Below, in pieces: positions 18,743 to 28,232 of a stretch of DNA of 64,000 nt. The DNA is from an uncultured virus (IMG/VR IMGVR_UViG_3300030102_006999) (taxonomy: Duplodnaviria > Heunggongvirae > Uroviricota > Caudoviricetes): IMG/VR virus record IMGVR_UViG_3300030102_006999; one strand, written 5' to 3'. Below the pieces are notes generated by a model. The model was given only the letters and a program-made list of their open reading frames with translations, did no database searches and was not told the DNA's origin. Every line of letters starts with the position of its first letter. Position 1 is the first letter of the stretch. A program made the position numbers and the translations under genes.

Positions 18743-19549
18743 ATGGATTTATTAAAACAGTTTAAAAGATTGCTTTTGTTGTTGATGTCGGTATCTACAG
18801 TAAGTTGCCAAGCGGAGAGTTCTATTGTTGAACTTGCAGCCACAACAGCAAAAGCCGCACAAGAGTATAATACTCTTTCATGGGAAAATAAGTATAATGT
18901 TGCTAAAGATGTATCTTCTTATGATACGATTGCCGCGAAGCTATCTCGCAAATCGGCAGTTAGAGTACAAATTGATTACGGCCAAGCCGTCATTAGCGGT
19001 TCGGGAACATATTTTAAATATAAGGGTGGTCATATAGTTGTCACTGCTGCACACCTGTTCGCACTAGGCGGCGGCCATGTTTTGCACGACAGAGGGATTA
19101 TTACTACTCCTAGTGAGCAAGTTACCGGAAGATTGGTTTATATAGACAGGATCACTGATATTGCTATTTTCGATGTGCCTAAATTGCCAAGTCGAAAAGC
19201 TGCTACGTTCACGAGAGCTAAGAGTTATCCAATCGGATCAAAGGTATACTATTCGGGCTTCCCCGGAGCCAACAATCTTTTAACTTTCACGGGAACTCTG
19301 TCTGGTGAGGGTTTTGGAACAGATATTGCCATGCACTCATTTGCATGGGGTGGCTCTTCTGGTTCGGGTGTATTCGACGAGAACGGACAATTCGTAGGCA
19401 CTCTAGTATCAATAATGGTCGGCAGAGGATTTCAAGGCCCGCAACTGGTAGGCTCTGTAGTTTATATCGCGCCAGCGACTCTGATAGATACAGGGTGGCT
19501 AAAAGATAATATTAGAAAATCTAGGGGAATGAAGAACAATGGTTTTTAG
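18743..19549 (+). CDS. trypsin-like serine protease, putative lipoprotein
   Basis: VTAAH, TDIAI, GSSGSG triad motifs; signal ending TVSC. Confidence 0.85.
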   Translation: MDLLKQFKRLLLLLMSVSTVSCQAESSIVELAATTAKAAQEYNTLSWENKYNVAKDVSSYDTIAAKLSRKSAVRVQIDYGQAVISGSGTYFKYKGGHIVVTAAHLFALGGGHVLHDRGIITTPSEQVTGRLVYIDRITDIAIFDVPKLPSRKAATFTRAKSYPIGSKVYYSGFPGANNLLTFTGTLSGEGFGTDIAMHSFAWGGSSGSGVFDENGQFVGTLVSIMVGRGFQGPQLVGSVVYIAPATLIDTGWLKDNIRKSRGMKNNGF

Positions 19550-20562
19550 ATTATTCTTTATATCTTTTGCTATTTTATTTTCTATATCTTGTACTGATAC
19601 TGATTACGGACTTGTGATCGGCACAACAGAAACAGAGATCGTCACAGAAGTTGTAGAAGTGGAGCCAGAAATTGAAATATGGGTTGAGTCTTTCACGCAG
19701 GTCGGCGCGTTTGATGAAATGGATATTCTGTGGGTCATTGACCAATCTTGCTCAATGGACATACATCATGCCCAGTTATTGAATGGCGTAGAATCTATGA
19801 TGAATAACTTACCCGGTGATGTAAACTGGCGATTAAAGATGATCACAGCAGGAAATCACAGCTGGCTAGTTCAATCAACTATGTTTCCTTTAACGCGAGG
19901 TGATGATATAGACGATGCACTCGATATGCTAAATAATCTACCTTACGACGGCGGTGAAGCCGGCTTTGGCGCGGTACAGAATTATGTCAACAATGACGCA
20001 TATGCAAAGACATGGATGCGCCCTGACGCTGCTTTGTTGACAGTTTTTGTCTCCGATGAGCCAGAGCAAAGCGGTATCGCTCCTTTAGATTTTGTATGGT
20101 GGTACGAGTNNNNNNNNNNACGAATCCCAGAGAGACAGTGTGTTTGCGGCATCTATCGTAAACGTACCGGCATCAGAGTCTGTATGTTCAATTGCGCCGG
20201 GTGGCTTATTGGTTGGCCAACAGTATATTGATGCTACAAATCTTCTGGGCGGAACAGTTGTGGACATCTGTAACCCAGACTGGGCTACAGCAGTGGAGGA
20301 CGCTACGCAAGAGATCGAGCCTTTTGAAGATTGGCAATTGCTACACAAGCCATACGAAAGTACAATAGTTGTGTTTGTAGAGAACGAACCATTTGCCGAT
20401 TGGTATTATAAGAAATCAGAAAATCGTATCTATTTTGACGTAATGCCGATGGAAGGCGAGCTAGTAGAAATAGCTTACGCTATAGAAGAGTATAACCATA
20501 TCACAAACCATGAAGTTACAGTGGATGTGAATTCTTCTCCAAGTAATAATATTTCTCCTTGA
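19539..20562 (+). CDS. VWA-domain lipoprotein; one gene split by the scaffold gap at 20110-20119
   Basis: FSISC lipobox, DILWVIDQSCSM MIDAS, FVSDE; gap flanks overlap (TACGAGT/ACGAAT). Confidence 0.75.
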
Positions 20563-20587
20563 CAACAGGTTAATAATAGGATATATT
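20559..20587 (+). promoter_or_regulatory. sigma70-type promoter, followed by ACTATTTA at 20600-20607
   Basis: TTGACA-17-TATATT. Confidence 0.65.
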
Positions 20588-20631
20588 AGTATACAGAAAA
20601 CTATTTATTATTAACAATATGGAGAAATATT

Positions 20632-20919
20632 ATGTTATATAGATTGTGGGTAAAAGTTTTATCTTTTTTTAGACTTGCTCCGGCAAGAGAAAAAGAAGAA
20701 CTATTACTAGAAGTGTTCAAGCTAGAGAGAGAGGCAGATGCTCTTGTCAAAGAAATTGAACGCCTGACGGACGAGAACAAGTCTGTTTGGGATTTAATAG
20801 ACGAGCTTCAAGAGTCTTCTAAAATCACTCCTGCGACCGTTGATAGCTTTGTAGAGGATGTTAGAGAATCAGTGTTAAACGACATGCTGAAAAACTTTAA
20901 GCCAGCAGGTGAGGCATAA
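20632..20919 (+). CDS. coiled-coil hypothetical protein
   Basis: GGAG RBS; coupled to next gene. Confidence 0.65.
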   Translation: MLYRLWVKVLSFFRLAPAREKEELLLEVFKLEREADALVKEIERLTDENKSVWDLIDELQESSKITPATVDSFVEDVRESVLNDMLKNFKPAGEA

Positions 20920-21647
20920 TGAATCATGGAGATGTGTTTGTTTTCGACATTGACGGAACACTAACGCCTCCCCGACAAACGATGTCAAAAGACTTTGAAG
21001 AAGTCTTTAGCCAATTAGTTTGTAAGGAAGATGTTTATTTGGTTTCTGGAAGTGATATAACTAAGATAAGAGAGCAGGTGCCAGAACACATCTTATTAAA
21101 ATGCAAGGGAGTTTTTGGTAGTTCTGGAAACGAGCTTTGGGTTGATAATACAGAAGTATATAAAAAATCATATAATCCTAAAAAGTCCCTCACAAATAAA
21201 TTAGAAAGTTTTCTAGCAGGATCTCCTTACGAAACTAAAACCGGAAAACACATTGAGCACCGGCCGGGAATGATAAACTTCAGTATTGTCGGAAGAAACG
21301 CCACTTTGAAGCAAAGAAAAGATTATCACAAATGGGATAAGAAAAACCAAGAGAGAAAAAAGATGGCGATACTTTTAATGACTAGCAATCCCGAAGTGAC
21401 AGTCTCCGTTGGCGGCGAAATTTCTATAGATATTTACCCTACAGGGCTTGACAAATCTCAAGCAATAAGTTATATTAAAGAAGAGTACGGTGAAAAGTAT
21501 AGTAAAATAAACTTTTTCGGCGACAAAACAAATCCAGACGGGAATGATTACAGTGCCGTATGTGCCTTATCTGAATCAGATAGTGTATATTCAGTAAACA
21601 ACTGTGACCAAACTTTGGAAATACTGCGAACTTTTTTGGAGAAGTAA
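20919..21647 (+). CDS. HAD-superfamily IIB phosphomannomutase (PMM/Sec53-type)
   Basis: FDIDGTLTPPR, VSGSD, IEHRPGMINFS, GGEISIDIYP, FFGDK...GNDY. Confidence 0.88.
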   Translation: MNHGDVFVFDIDGTLTPPRQTMSKDFEEVFSQLVCKEDVYLVSGSDITKIREQVPEHILLKCKGVFGSSGNELWVDNTEVYKKSYNPKKSLTNKLESFLAGSPYETKTGKHIEHRPGMINFSIVGRNATLKQRKDYHKWDKKNQERKKMAILLMTSNPEVTVSVGGEISIDIYPTGLDKSQAISYIKEEYGEKYSKINFFGDKTNPDGNDYSAVCALSESDSVYSVNNCDQTLEILRTFLEK

Positions 21648-21650
21648 ACA

Positions 21651-21998
21651 ATGAATAATGAAGATGAAGAGTCTATTATAGAAGGGGAGGAAGTCGAGGC
21701 GGAAGCTGAAGACCTCAAACCAAAACCCCCTTCCAAACTAGCCCCGCGAGGTATTCAAACATTTACAGTTTGTCGTCAGCATGACGAGACAGGTGTGTCA
21801 GGCGAGGGTGTTATCATTGAAGGTGTGGTTTTAGGCACTGGCCAGTGTATAGTTCATTGGCTTTATCCTCCACCACGAGGTGGTATCGCAATCTTTGATT
21901 CGATGTCTGATTTTGTCAAAGTCCACATTCAACCCCACCCCGGAAATAAAACGATTATTACCTATCAAGATGGGGAACAAGAGCTTTATGGTGACTAA
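21651..21998 (+). CDS. conserved-looking phage hypothetical protein
   Basis: DETGVSGEGVIIEG motif. Confidence 0.65.
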   Translation: MNNEDEESIIEGEEVEAEAEDLKPKPPSKLAPRGIQTFTVCRQHDETGVSGEGVIIEGVVLGTGQCIVHWLYPPPRGGIAIFDSMSDFVKVHIQPHPGNKTIITYQDGEQELYGD

Positions 21999-22022
21999 TT
22001 ACAATCTAGGAGAAGTTACTAA

Positions 22023-22307
22023 ATGAAACTGACGAGAAAAAGATTGATTGATATTATCAAAGAAGAGATGGACTCATCACTGAAGCCCGTTGCGCTATCT
22101 CCCGATGCATCCAATCCCAAGTTTATAAATCCTTCAGCCCCAAAAACTAAATATGATTCTGACCCTACGGTGCAAGACCTAATGTTCAAGATTGAGAAAT
22201 TGATGACTAGAGTTGAAAAGCTAGAAAGAATGCTACAAACCAAACCATCTCCCTCTCAAGAAGATAACTATGGGGATACAGACTATGCGGAGAAGCCCTT
22301 ACCATGA
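22023..22307 (+). CDS. putative virion-internal protein (MKLTxxxLxxIIxEE N-terminus)
   Basis: ACTAATTA at 21994-22001; AGGAG RBS. Confidence 0.6.
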   Translation: MKLTRKRLIDIIKEEMDSSLKPVALSPDASNPKFINPSAPKTKYDSDPTVQDLMFKIEKLMTRVEKLERMLQTKPSPSQEDNYGDTDYAEKPLP

Positions 22308-23203
22308 CAACAGAATGGGATGAATACAAAAATATTTTAAGCGAACTTGAGCCTTACCAGAAATGGGCTAAAGGGCAAAATCGCCGATTCAAAAAGTGGA
22401 TGAGAACAGGCAAAAAACGACCAGCATCCCCTTATACCAAAGAGCCTGTCCTGCAAGGCAAGTCAGGCTTGGGTCCATTAGAAGAAGTTTCTAACATACC
22501 AGAGATTAAAGAGGAACTTAATACTGACATTTGGACTGCTGACGAAAAACTAAAGCCAGAAATCTCTGAAAAGCTGATGGCAATTGCAGAAGATTTTTAT
22601 GAAAAACTAGATTTACCCGCTCCTATTTTGGACATAACCTTTACAGGCTCTTTGGCAAACTATAACTGGACAGAGATGTCAGATATTGATTTGCACATCC
22701 TCATTGATTATGCAGATGTAAACGAGGATATCGAGCTTGTTAGAAAGTATCTTATGGAAGCCAAGACAAATTGGAACCGTAACCACGAGATTACCATTAA
22801 AGGCCACGAGGTCGAGATATATGTTCAAAACGCAGTAGAACCACATCATTCCACAGGAGTTTACTCTATTATGAATGATGAGTGGGACATCAAGCCGGAG
22901 CCACAAACTTTCAGCGTAAGTGAAGACGCAGTAAATCAGAAGGCAGAAGCGTTAATGTCGTCTGTCGAAATGATTGAGAAACTAAAATCAGAAGGCAAGT
23001 TTGAAGAAGTTTATGGTGAAGCAGATAGGTTGAGAGATAAACTTTCCAAGTATAGGCAGTCCGGTTTGGAAACAGGCGGCGAGTTTTCTGTAGAAAATTT
23101 AGTTTTTAAGGCATTAAGGAACAACGAGTACCTAAGTAGGTTGTCTGATTTAAAGCGCGAAGCATACGACGAATTAATGACAGTCAAAGAAAACGAAAGG
23201 TAA
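22304..23203 (+). CDS. Pol-beta-superfamily nucleotidyltransferase
   Basis: FTGSLANYNW..SDIDLH (GS...DxD) and VEIYVQ. Confidence 0.8.
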   Translation: MTTEWDEYKNILSELEPYQKWAKGQNRRFKKWMRTGKKRPASPYTKEPVLQGKSGLGPLEEVSNIPEIKEELNTDIWTADEKLKPEISEKLMAIAEDFYEKLDLPAPILDITFTGSLANYNWTEMSDIDLHILIDYADVNEDIELVRKYLMEAKTNWNRNHEITIKGHEVEIYVQNAVEPHHSTGVYSIMNDEWDIKPEPQTFSVSEDAVNQKAEALMSSVEMIEKLKSEGKFEEVYGEADRLRDKLSKYRQSGLETGGEFSVENLVFKALRNNEYLSRLSDLKREAYDELMTVKENER

Positions 23204-23212
23204 AAATATGAA

Positions 23213-23512
23213 GTGAGTGAGGAAAAACTATTTCAACTGGGAGATGTTGTCAGGTGGAGACTTCCAAGCAAGTCCGACAAATCATTCAGCTACGGGCTTG
23301 TGATTCAACCCGAAAGTTTCATTCGTCACGGAACATATTCGTTCGCCAGTATTTTAGACACAGAAGCTACTCCTTTGAAACTGGCTAAAGTGCCTATATT
23401 TTCATTAACTGTTTACTCTTTCTCTACCCAGAAGGTTATGACCCTATACCAAAGTCCAGAGGAAGTACCTTTATTTATAGAAAAAGTTGATTTTCCTAAA
23501 AAAAGTGCTTGA
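23213..23512 (+). CDS. small KOW/SH3-like protein
   Basis: FQLGDVVRW...YGLVI. Confidence 0.55.
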   Translation: MSEEKLFQLGDVVRWRLPSKSDKSFSYGLVIQPESFIRHGTYSFASILDTEATPLKLAKVPIFSLTVYSFSTQKVMTLYQSPEEVPLFIEKVDFPKKSA

Positions 23513-23537
23513 CATTTGAAACTCCAGCGTGTATAAT
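23509..23537 (+). promoter_or_regulatory. consensus sigma70 promoter opening the early region
   Basis: TTGACA-17-TATAAT, GTGTATAAT. Confidence 0.85.
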
Positions 23538-23558
23538 TGATGTAACATTGGAGGAAAT

Positions 23559-23957
23559 ATGACAAATGATTTAGAGCCAACAGAAATAGAGCTTTATGCG
23601 ACTCTTGAAATGCTATTAGGCAAACTACAAGAGAAGTTAGATGACTGGGAGCAAAAGAAAGCGCTGCCAAAAAAAATGATTATTGGAAAAACATTCTTAG
23701 AAGATTCTCTAAATCCCGTACTAGAAATTGAGAAAAGAGGCCGAAAGTATTGGAAAATAATCAAGGTTAATAGAAACGATTTTGGTGGTTCTTCCAAGTC
23801 AGTCTATGCTTTTATCAGAAAATCTGATGGAGCTATCCTTAGACCTGCTACATGGTCAAAACCAGAAACTAGAACCCGAACCGCCGTACGAGGACACATC
23901 ACTGATGAATGGGCGGTAGACTATTTTACACCTTTTGGAGTTGTATATGCATTTTGA
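23559..23957 (+). CDS. conserved-looking phage early protein
   Basis: GRKYWKI...SVYAFI...GAILRPATWSKP; GGAGG RBS. Confidence 0.7.
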   Translation: MTNDLEPTEIELYATLEMLLGKLQEKLDDWEQKKALPKKMIIGKTFLEDSLNPVLEIEKRGRKYWKIIKVNRNDFGGSSKSVYAFIRKSDGAILRPATWSKPETRTRTAVRGHITDEWAVDYFTPFGVVYAF

Positions 23958-24099
23958 AACACAGAGACTCATTATCGAGCTTCTGAATCAGGAACTTAAA
24001 AAGGCCAACCGAATCCCCACTTTGGCTTACCATAAAGAAGTCGAGGACGCAAAAAAAGACTTTATAACCTTTATGATCAAAAACAGTTCGAGGATTTAA
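23947..24099 (+). CDS. small hypothetical protein, 50 aa (not in ORF track)
   Basis: MHFETQRLIIELLNQELKK...; GGAG RBS. Confidence 0.55.
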   Translation: MHFETQRLIIELLNQELKKANRIPTLAYHKEVEDAKKDFITFMIKNSSRI

Positions 24100-24100
24100 A

Positions 24101-24307
24101 ATGGGAAATAAAAGAAAACACTTTGGAACTTGCGGGATGGTTTACACGATTGTATATCAAGAGTATAATGGCCAATCCGCCACCGCCTTGGTGTACGGTC
24201 CACCAGACCAAAAAAAGATGATGACTTTGGTAATGAGAGAGTACAAGCGATTGTTGTGTTTGATAAAGGGAAATCAGCAAGTTTTCTTTCCACCTAGTAA
24301 GTCTTGA
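24101..24307 (+). CDS. hypothetical protein
   Basis: GAGG RBS; stop is the TGA of the first repeat hexamer. Confidence 0.6.
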   Translation: MGNKRKHFGTCGMVYTIVYQEYNGQSATALVYGPPDQKKMMTLVMREYKRLLCLIKGNQQVFFPPSKS

Positions 24308-24358
24308 CATTCTCTTGACAACTTTTTTGTTGACGCGAGCCGTCAGCCATGCTAAATT
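24304..24358 (+). promoter_or_regulatory. compound promoter repeat copy 1
   Basis: TTGACA 24304, TTGACA 24315, TTGACG 24330, TAAATT 24353. Confidence 0.85.
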
Positions 24359-24387
24359 ATTATTACAAATCACACAGGAGTCCGTAA

Positions 24388-26313
24388 ATGGAAAACGATT
24401 TATCTTTAAACATTTCAACACACTTTGATATGGATTGTTGGCTTGCAGAAAATGACGGTCAAGATTTAGTAATCCCAATGGGGAAGAGTAAGCGCGACCC
24501 TGATGCGACATATTCTAAATCTGGTTGTTTGCAGGGTTTGAGAAAATATCAAGAAAACTTAGCGGCTGATGCACTAGTTCCAGAAACCTATTACTACGAT
24601 TCTTCTATGGCAGCCGGTATCGATATATATACATATATCGCAGGAAGTGACAATGTTCACATCACTCTGGTAGCCCAAACCCAGAGTGGCAAGACATCTG
24701 TTGCTTTCGCAACTTTTACGATGGTTAAAATTCACCACCCTACTTCGAAGCATATGGTGTATATTTCTATGCCAGCAGACAAAGATTTGGCAAAACAATC
24801 TGGACGAAGGCTAAAGCCGTTATCAAAAGTAGTTGTCGGTAGAGGTTGCTTGAGTAACATTTATTTAAACGCAGTTTATTGGTATGATAAGTGGTCTGCG
24901 TGCAATACTGAAGATGAACGACGGAAGGTGGAGCTAGACGCATTGACAGTGCAAGCAGCCCAAGGTAATGACTGGCTTGCTGCCCCGGTTATTTTCGACA
25001 ATACAGTCCTTTTTCTGGATGAATCTCATTTTGGAGCACAAAACACAAGCCAAATAAACAGAGTGCTTGAGCTTTGGGGTGTTCCTTTAAATAAGGACCC
25101 GGTGACATGGGAACGCTCTAATGTAAAGATTGTTACATCTAGTGCAACCCCTCATGCAGAAGTCGCATCATTGCGTTTGAGGCCTTGGAGCAAGAAAGTT
25201 ATTATGCGTCCGGGTAAAGGTTACATTGGACTACCAGAAATGCTGGCGGCAAACAAAATCATGGAAAGCTGGACTCTAAAGACTGAAAAAGACGTAGAGA
25301 GGCTAGTAGGCGAAGTAATTGAGCCACATTTGCTTACGCTCGGCACTGGCTATGGCTTAATCCGCCGAAGGACTCGACGACGCGGCTTGAATTTGCCATT
25401 ATCTCTTGAGAGGAAATTAAAATCTAAAGGATTTAGGGTGAAAAAAGGTATTCCAAAGTCAGGTGATGAACGACAATATGATGTAGCAATCATTGAATAT
25501 GACCAAGCAAGCAGGGATCAAAAAATGGATGATTTTCTTACAACCCCGGCGGCAAAAGTAGTGTCGAATGGAAAGTGGTTATCAAATCAGCCCCCTATAC
25601 CAACTATTATTTTAGTGAAGGAGAAGTGTAAACTAGGCGATACTGTGTCGAACCAGCATGTTAAGTTTGTTTTTGAGCGTATTAGCGTTAAGAAAAACGA
25701 CCCTGCTTTTCACGAGCAGTCATTAGCGGGCCGAATGACAGGATATGAAACTCATATACCAATGATTTATTCGCATACGCCATCAATTGTCCATTCCTGT
25801 TTTCACATTATTAGCGGATACCAGCCGGAAACAACTCCAAACGGTGCAAAATATGTAAAAACTAAGTCAAAAAGAGGATATCCGGCTATGTCTTTGACTT
25901 TGGACTTGAGCAAGATGTCAGATGAAGAACTTTCGGAAGTTCTTTGCAAGGGGAGGGCACAAAGTTTGCAAGGTAAAGCTATGGCATACAAGGCAATTTA
26001 TCGAGAATCTTTAGAGGCATCATCTGGGAGTTTAAAAGAGAAACTGAAAAGCATTAAAGATAAAAGAGGTAGAAGATATTCAATGTGGAACTGGGATGAC
26101 GCTGACAGCCGCTCCTATGTACACCCAGAAAAAGGCGAAGAGATTCAGCAAAATAGCAAATATATGTCGCATGGAAATCCGGCTTGTGTTTTTGTTGACA
26201 AAGAAGGGGACAGCAATACTTTGAAAGTTAGTTGGTATTTTGCTAAAGATGAAGTCACTGTCAAAGAAACATCATTGAATAATAAGAGCATGTATGCTAT
26301 TGCGGCAAAGTAG
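24388..26313 (+). CDS. SF2 (DExH) helicase-like protein
   Basis: AQTQSGKT Walker A, FLDESH, SAT motif III, EQSLAGRMTG motif VI-like. Confidence 0.75.
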   Translation: MENDLSLNISTHFDMDCWLAENDGQDLVIPMGKSKRDPDATYSKSGCLQGLRKYQENLAADALVPETYYYDSSMAAGIDIYTYIAGSDNVHITLVAQTQSGKTSVAFATFTMVKIHHPTSKHMVYISMPADKDLAKQSGRRLKPLSKVVVGRGCLSNIYLNAVYWYDKWSACNTEDERRKVELDALTVQAAQGNDWLAAPVIFDNTVLFLDESHFGAQNTSQINRVLELWGVPLNKDPVTWERSNVKIVTSSATPHAEVASLRLRPWSKKVIMRPGKGYIGLPEMLAANKIMESWTLKTEKDVERLVGEVIEPHLLTLGTGYGLIRRRTRRRGLNLPLSLERKLKSKGFRVKKGIPKSGDERQYDVAIIEYDQASRDQKMDDFLTTPAAKVVSNGKWLSNQPPIPTIILVKEKCKLGDTVSNQHVKFVFERISVKKNDPAFHEQSLAGRMTGYETHIPMIYSHTPSIVHSCFHIISGYQPETTPNGAKYVKTKSKRGYPAMSLTLDLSKMSDEELSEVLCKGRAQSLQGKAMAYKAIYRESLEASSGSLKEKLKSIKDKRGRRYSMWNWDDADSRSYVHPEKGEEIQQNSKYMSHGNPACVFVDKEGDSNTLKVSWYFAKDEVTVKETSLNNKSMYAIAAK

Positions 26314-26336
26314 CTAGTCGTATAGTATATTGTCTC

Positions 26337-26391
26337 TTGACATTTTCTTGACAACTTTTTTGTTGACAGTCAGAACAGGACGTGCTAAATT
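26337..26391 (+). promoter_or_regulatory. compound promoter repeat copy 2
   Basis: hexamers at 26337, 26348, 26363; TAAATT 26386. Confidence 0.85.
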
Positions 26392-26414
26392 TACATTACA
26401 AAACGAGGTGACTT

Positions 26415-26600
26415 ATGTCTAAAAACTTGGAGAGATATTGGCAGCTAGAATATCAGTTGCAGCTTTTGTGGGAAATGCCCCGCGACTGCCGCGACCATAA
26501 GCATATTGAAAAGCTGACAAATGAACAAAAAACCATTATCAATAATCTTCGAGATGACGAACGTCGCCTGTTTGAAGATTCGTTTTTATCCCATCACTAG
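26415..26600 (+). CDS. hypothetical protein
   Basis: GAGGTG RBS after repeat. Confidence 0.7.
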   Translation: MSKNLERYWQLEYQLQLLWEMPRDCRDHKHIEKLTNEQKTIINNLRDDERRLFEDSFLSHH

Positions 26601-26610
26601 AGAGAAAACC

Positions 26611-26841
26611 ATGAAAGATGCTGTAGCACACATAAATGATAACCTGTCTGTAGATATTGAGCTTCTACGCACACAACGTAATACCCTTCTGGAGATTCTG
26701 GAATGTGTCGATGGTTCAAAGCCTGACTTGTTAGAGGACTTTTTCGGTCTGGATAAACAACGGGCTTTCGACGCACTAAACGGAGTGACAAACTTTCTCG
26801 ATGCTGTCTTGGATGATGTCGAGCTTGGCCACACATTATAA
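26611..26841 (+). CDS. hypothetical protein
   Basis: Internal ATG start MKDAVAH. Confidence 0.6.
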   Translation: MKDAVAHINDNLSVDIELLRTQRNTLLEILECVDGSKPDLLEDFFGLDKQRAFDALNGVTNFLDAVLDDVELGHTL

Positions 26842-26863
26842 ATTTAACTAAGGAACAAACTAA

Positions 26864-27220
26864 ATGATTAAAGAATGTAAACACTGTCAAATCGAATTCG
26901 ACCTTTACTCACGTCGCAAAAAGCACGTCGGCGGCTATATTAACGAGTGTCCTGATTGTGTAGAAGAAAACGGAGGTGACCAATCACCACCGCGATATCT
27001 CGGTGTCACCGCTGGTAATGGCAAAATGTGCGATGTTACTATTCTAAAGTTTGAAGACCAAGCATCTCGCAACTCATTTCAGAAAGCATGGCGCAATAAT
27101 TCAGGACAAAACTTAGGAAAGGAGTGCCAGCTAGGCGAACATATTTCATCAACCGCTGGATTAAAGTTCAGTATTGTATCAGAAAATCGAGGTAATGATA
27201 ATCACAAAGGAAAGTTCTAA
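26864..27220 (+). CDS. Zn-ribbon protein
   Basis: CKHC...CPDC; AAGGA RBS. Confidence 0.65.
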   Translation: MIKECKHCQIEFDLYSRRKKHVGGYINECPDCVEENGGDQSPPRYLGVTAGNGKMCDVTILKFEDQASRNSFQKAWRNNSGQNLGKECQLGEHISSTAGLKFSIVSENRGNDNHKGKF

Positions 27221-27342
27221 TGGAGCATTTAACTAACTGTCATGGCGAGTGGACGATACTTGCCGCCTCAATGGGCTATTTCTCGTTTGTTATTTTGTGG
27301 ATAAGATTAAGATGGCAGACGTTCAAAGGAGATAGAGGATGA
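27220..27342 (+). CDS. small membrane peptide, 40 aa (not in ORF track)
   Basis: MEHLTNCHGEWTILAASMGYFSFVILWIRLRW...; TAATG coupling. Confidence 0.55.
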   Translation: MEHLTNCHGEWTILAASMGYFSFVILWIRLRWQTFKGDRG

Positions 27343-27482
27343 AAAAGAAAGCAAAAAAGCGAAATATCGTAGCCCTACAGATGCAACACCGACACAAAAA
27401 TGGAGGGTCTGCGGGCTTTCACAGTAAGAAAGGTTACTCTCGAAAGGAGAAACATAAAAAATGCGTTTTGACATTCTCTTGA
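27339..27482 (+). CDS. ArfA-like basic peptide, 47 aa (not in ORF track)
   Basis: MKKKAKKRNIVALQMQHRHKNGGSAGFHSKKGYSRKEKHKKCVLTFS; AAGGAG/GAGG RBS. Confidence 0.55.
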   Translation: MKKKAKKRNIVALQMQHRHKNGGSAGFHSKKGYSRKEKHKKCVLTFS

Positions 27483-27522
27483 CAAAATAACTGTTGACTT
27501 ACCACAAAATAATCTGTATAAT
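27468..27522 (+). promoter_or_regulatory. compound promoter repeat copy 3
   Basis: hexamers at 27468, 27479, 27494; TATAAT 27517. Confidence 0.85.
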
Positions 27523-27552
27523 TACTTCATAAACCAACACAGGAGCAACCAA

Positions 27553-27711
27553 ATGCCATTCGACCCAAACTATAAGCACATCGTAAGTTCAGAAGAATAC
27601 TATGAAAATATGTACGACTTCGGCGGAGACTATGATTCAATGCCGGAAGATATGGAGGATGAATGTCCAGAATGGATTCAAGAGCAGCTTGATGAAGAAC
27701 TGCCATTCTAA
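27553..27711 (+). CDS. acidic 52-aa peptide ending DEELPF, SSB-tail-like (not in ORF track)
   Basis: AGGAG RBS; first gene after repeat 3. Confidence 0.7.
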   Translation: MPFDPNYKHIVSSEEYYENMYDFGGDYDSMPEDMEDECPEWIQEQLDEELPF

Positions 27712-27715
27712 ATAA

Positions 27716-27961
27716 ATGCAGATAGAACCGGGCCAAATCCTCGACGAATATGATGTCTTGACAAATGAGCTTCTAGCTAGGTATATTGTTGTTGATACTA
27801 CAGATACATTTTCGTCGAATCGTATCAATGTTTTATGCGTGTACGATTCTCAAGAGTTTGATGTGCCCGGTTCTATCACATGCTTAGATGATAGTAGTAT
27901 ATTGGGAAATATCACTATTTACTGGAAATTGGATGGAGTGAGGATACTGGATGAAGATTAA
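27716..27961 (+). CDS. small beta-barrel paralogue family member
   Basis: IEPGQIL..ARYIVV..PGS..YWK. Confidence 0.7.
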   Translation: MQIEPGQILDEYDVLTNELLARYIVVDTTDTFSSNRINVLCVYDSQEFDVPGSITCLDDSSILGNITIYWKLDGVRILDED

Positions 27962-28232
27962 AAATGGCCAAATGATTGACCAGATGGCAGACTTCACTGC
28001 CCATAGTCAGGCTGTAGACGAAGCCCCATATATAATGTCTCGATATATTGTTATAGGGCAAGATGAAGAACTAGCCCATTTGTATGTTGTAAAGGGGTAT
28101 ACCGACCAACACGAACGAATTATCAATGACGTATCCGTACCGGGCATGATAGAACATTTATCGAAAAAGTATATTGTATCTAAAGAAGAATCCATAAGCA
28201 ACTTCTACTGGGAAGTGGTTAATGATATTTAG
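27951..28232 (+). CDS. small beta-barrel paralogue family member
   Basis: IKNGQMI..SRYIVI..PGM..YWEVV. Confidence 0.7.
   Translation: MKIKNGQMIDQMADFTAHSQAVDEAPYIMSRYIVIGQDEELAHLYVVKGYTDQHERIINDVSVPGMIEHLSKKYIVSKEESISNFYWEVVNDI

Noticed and set aside
19539..20562. Pseudogene or programmed frameshift in the VWA gene (likewise 33690-34474 and 50820-51468)
   Set aside because: Frame breaks coincide with 10-N scaffold gaps whose flanks overlap.
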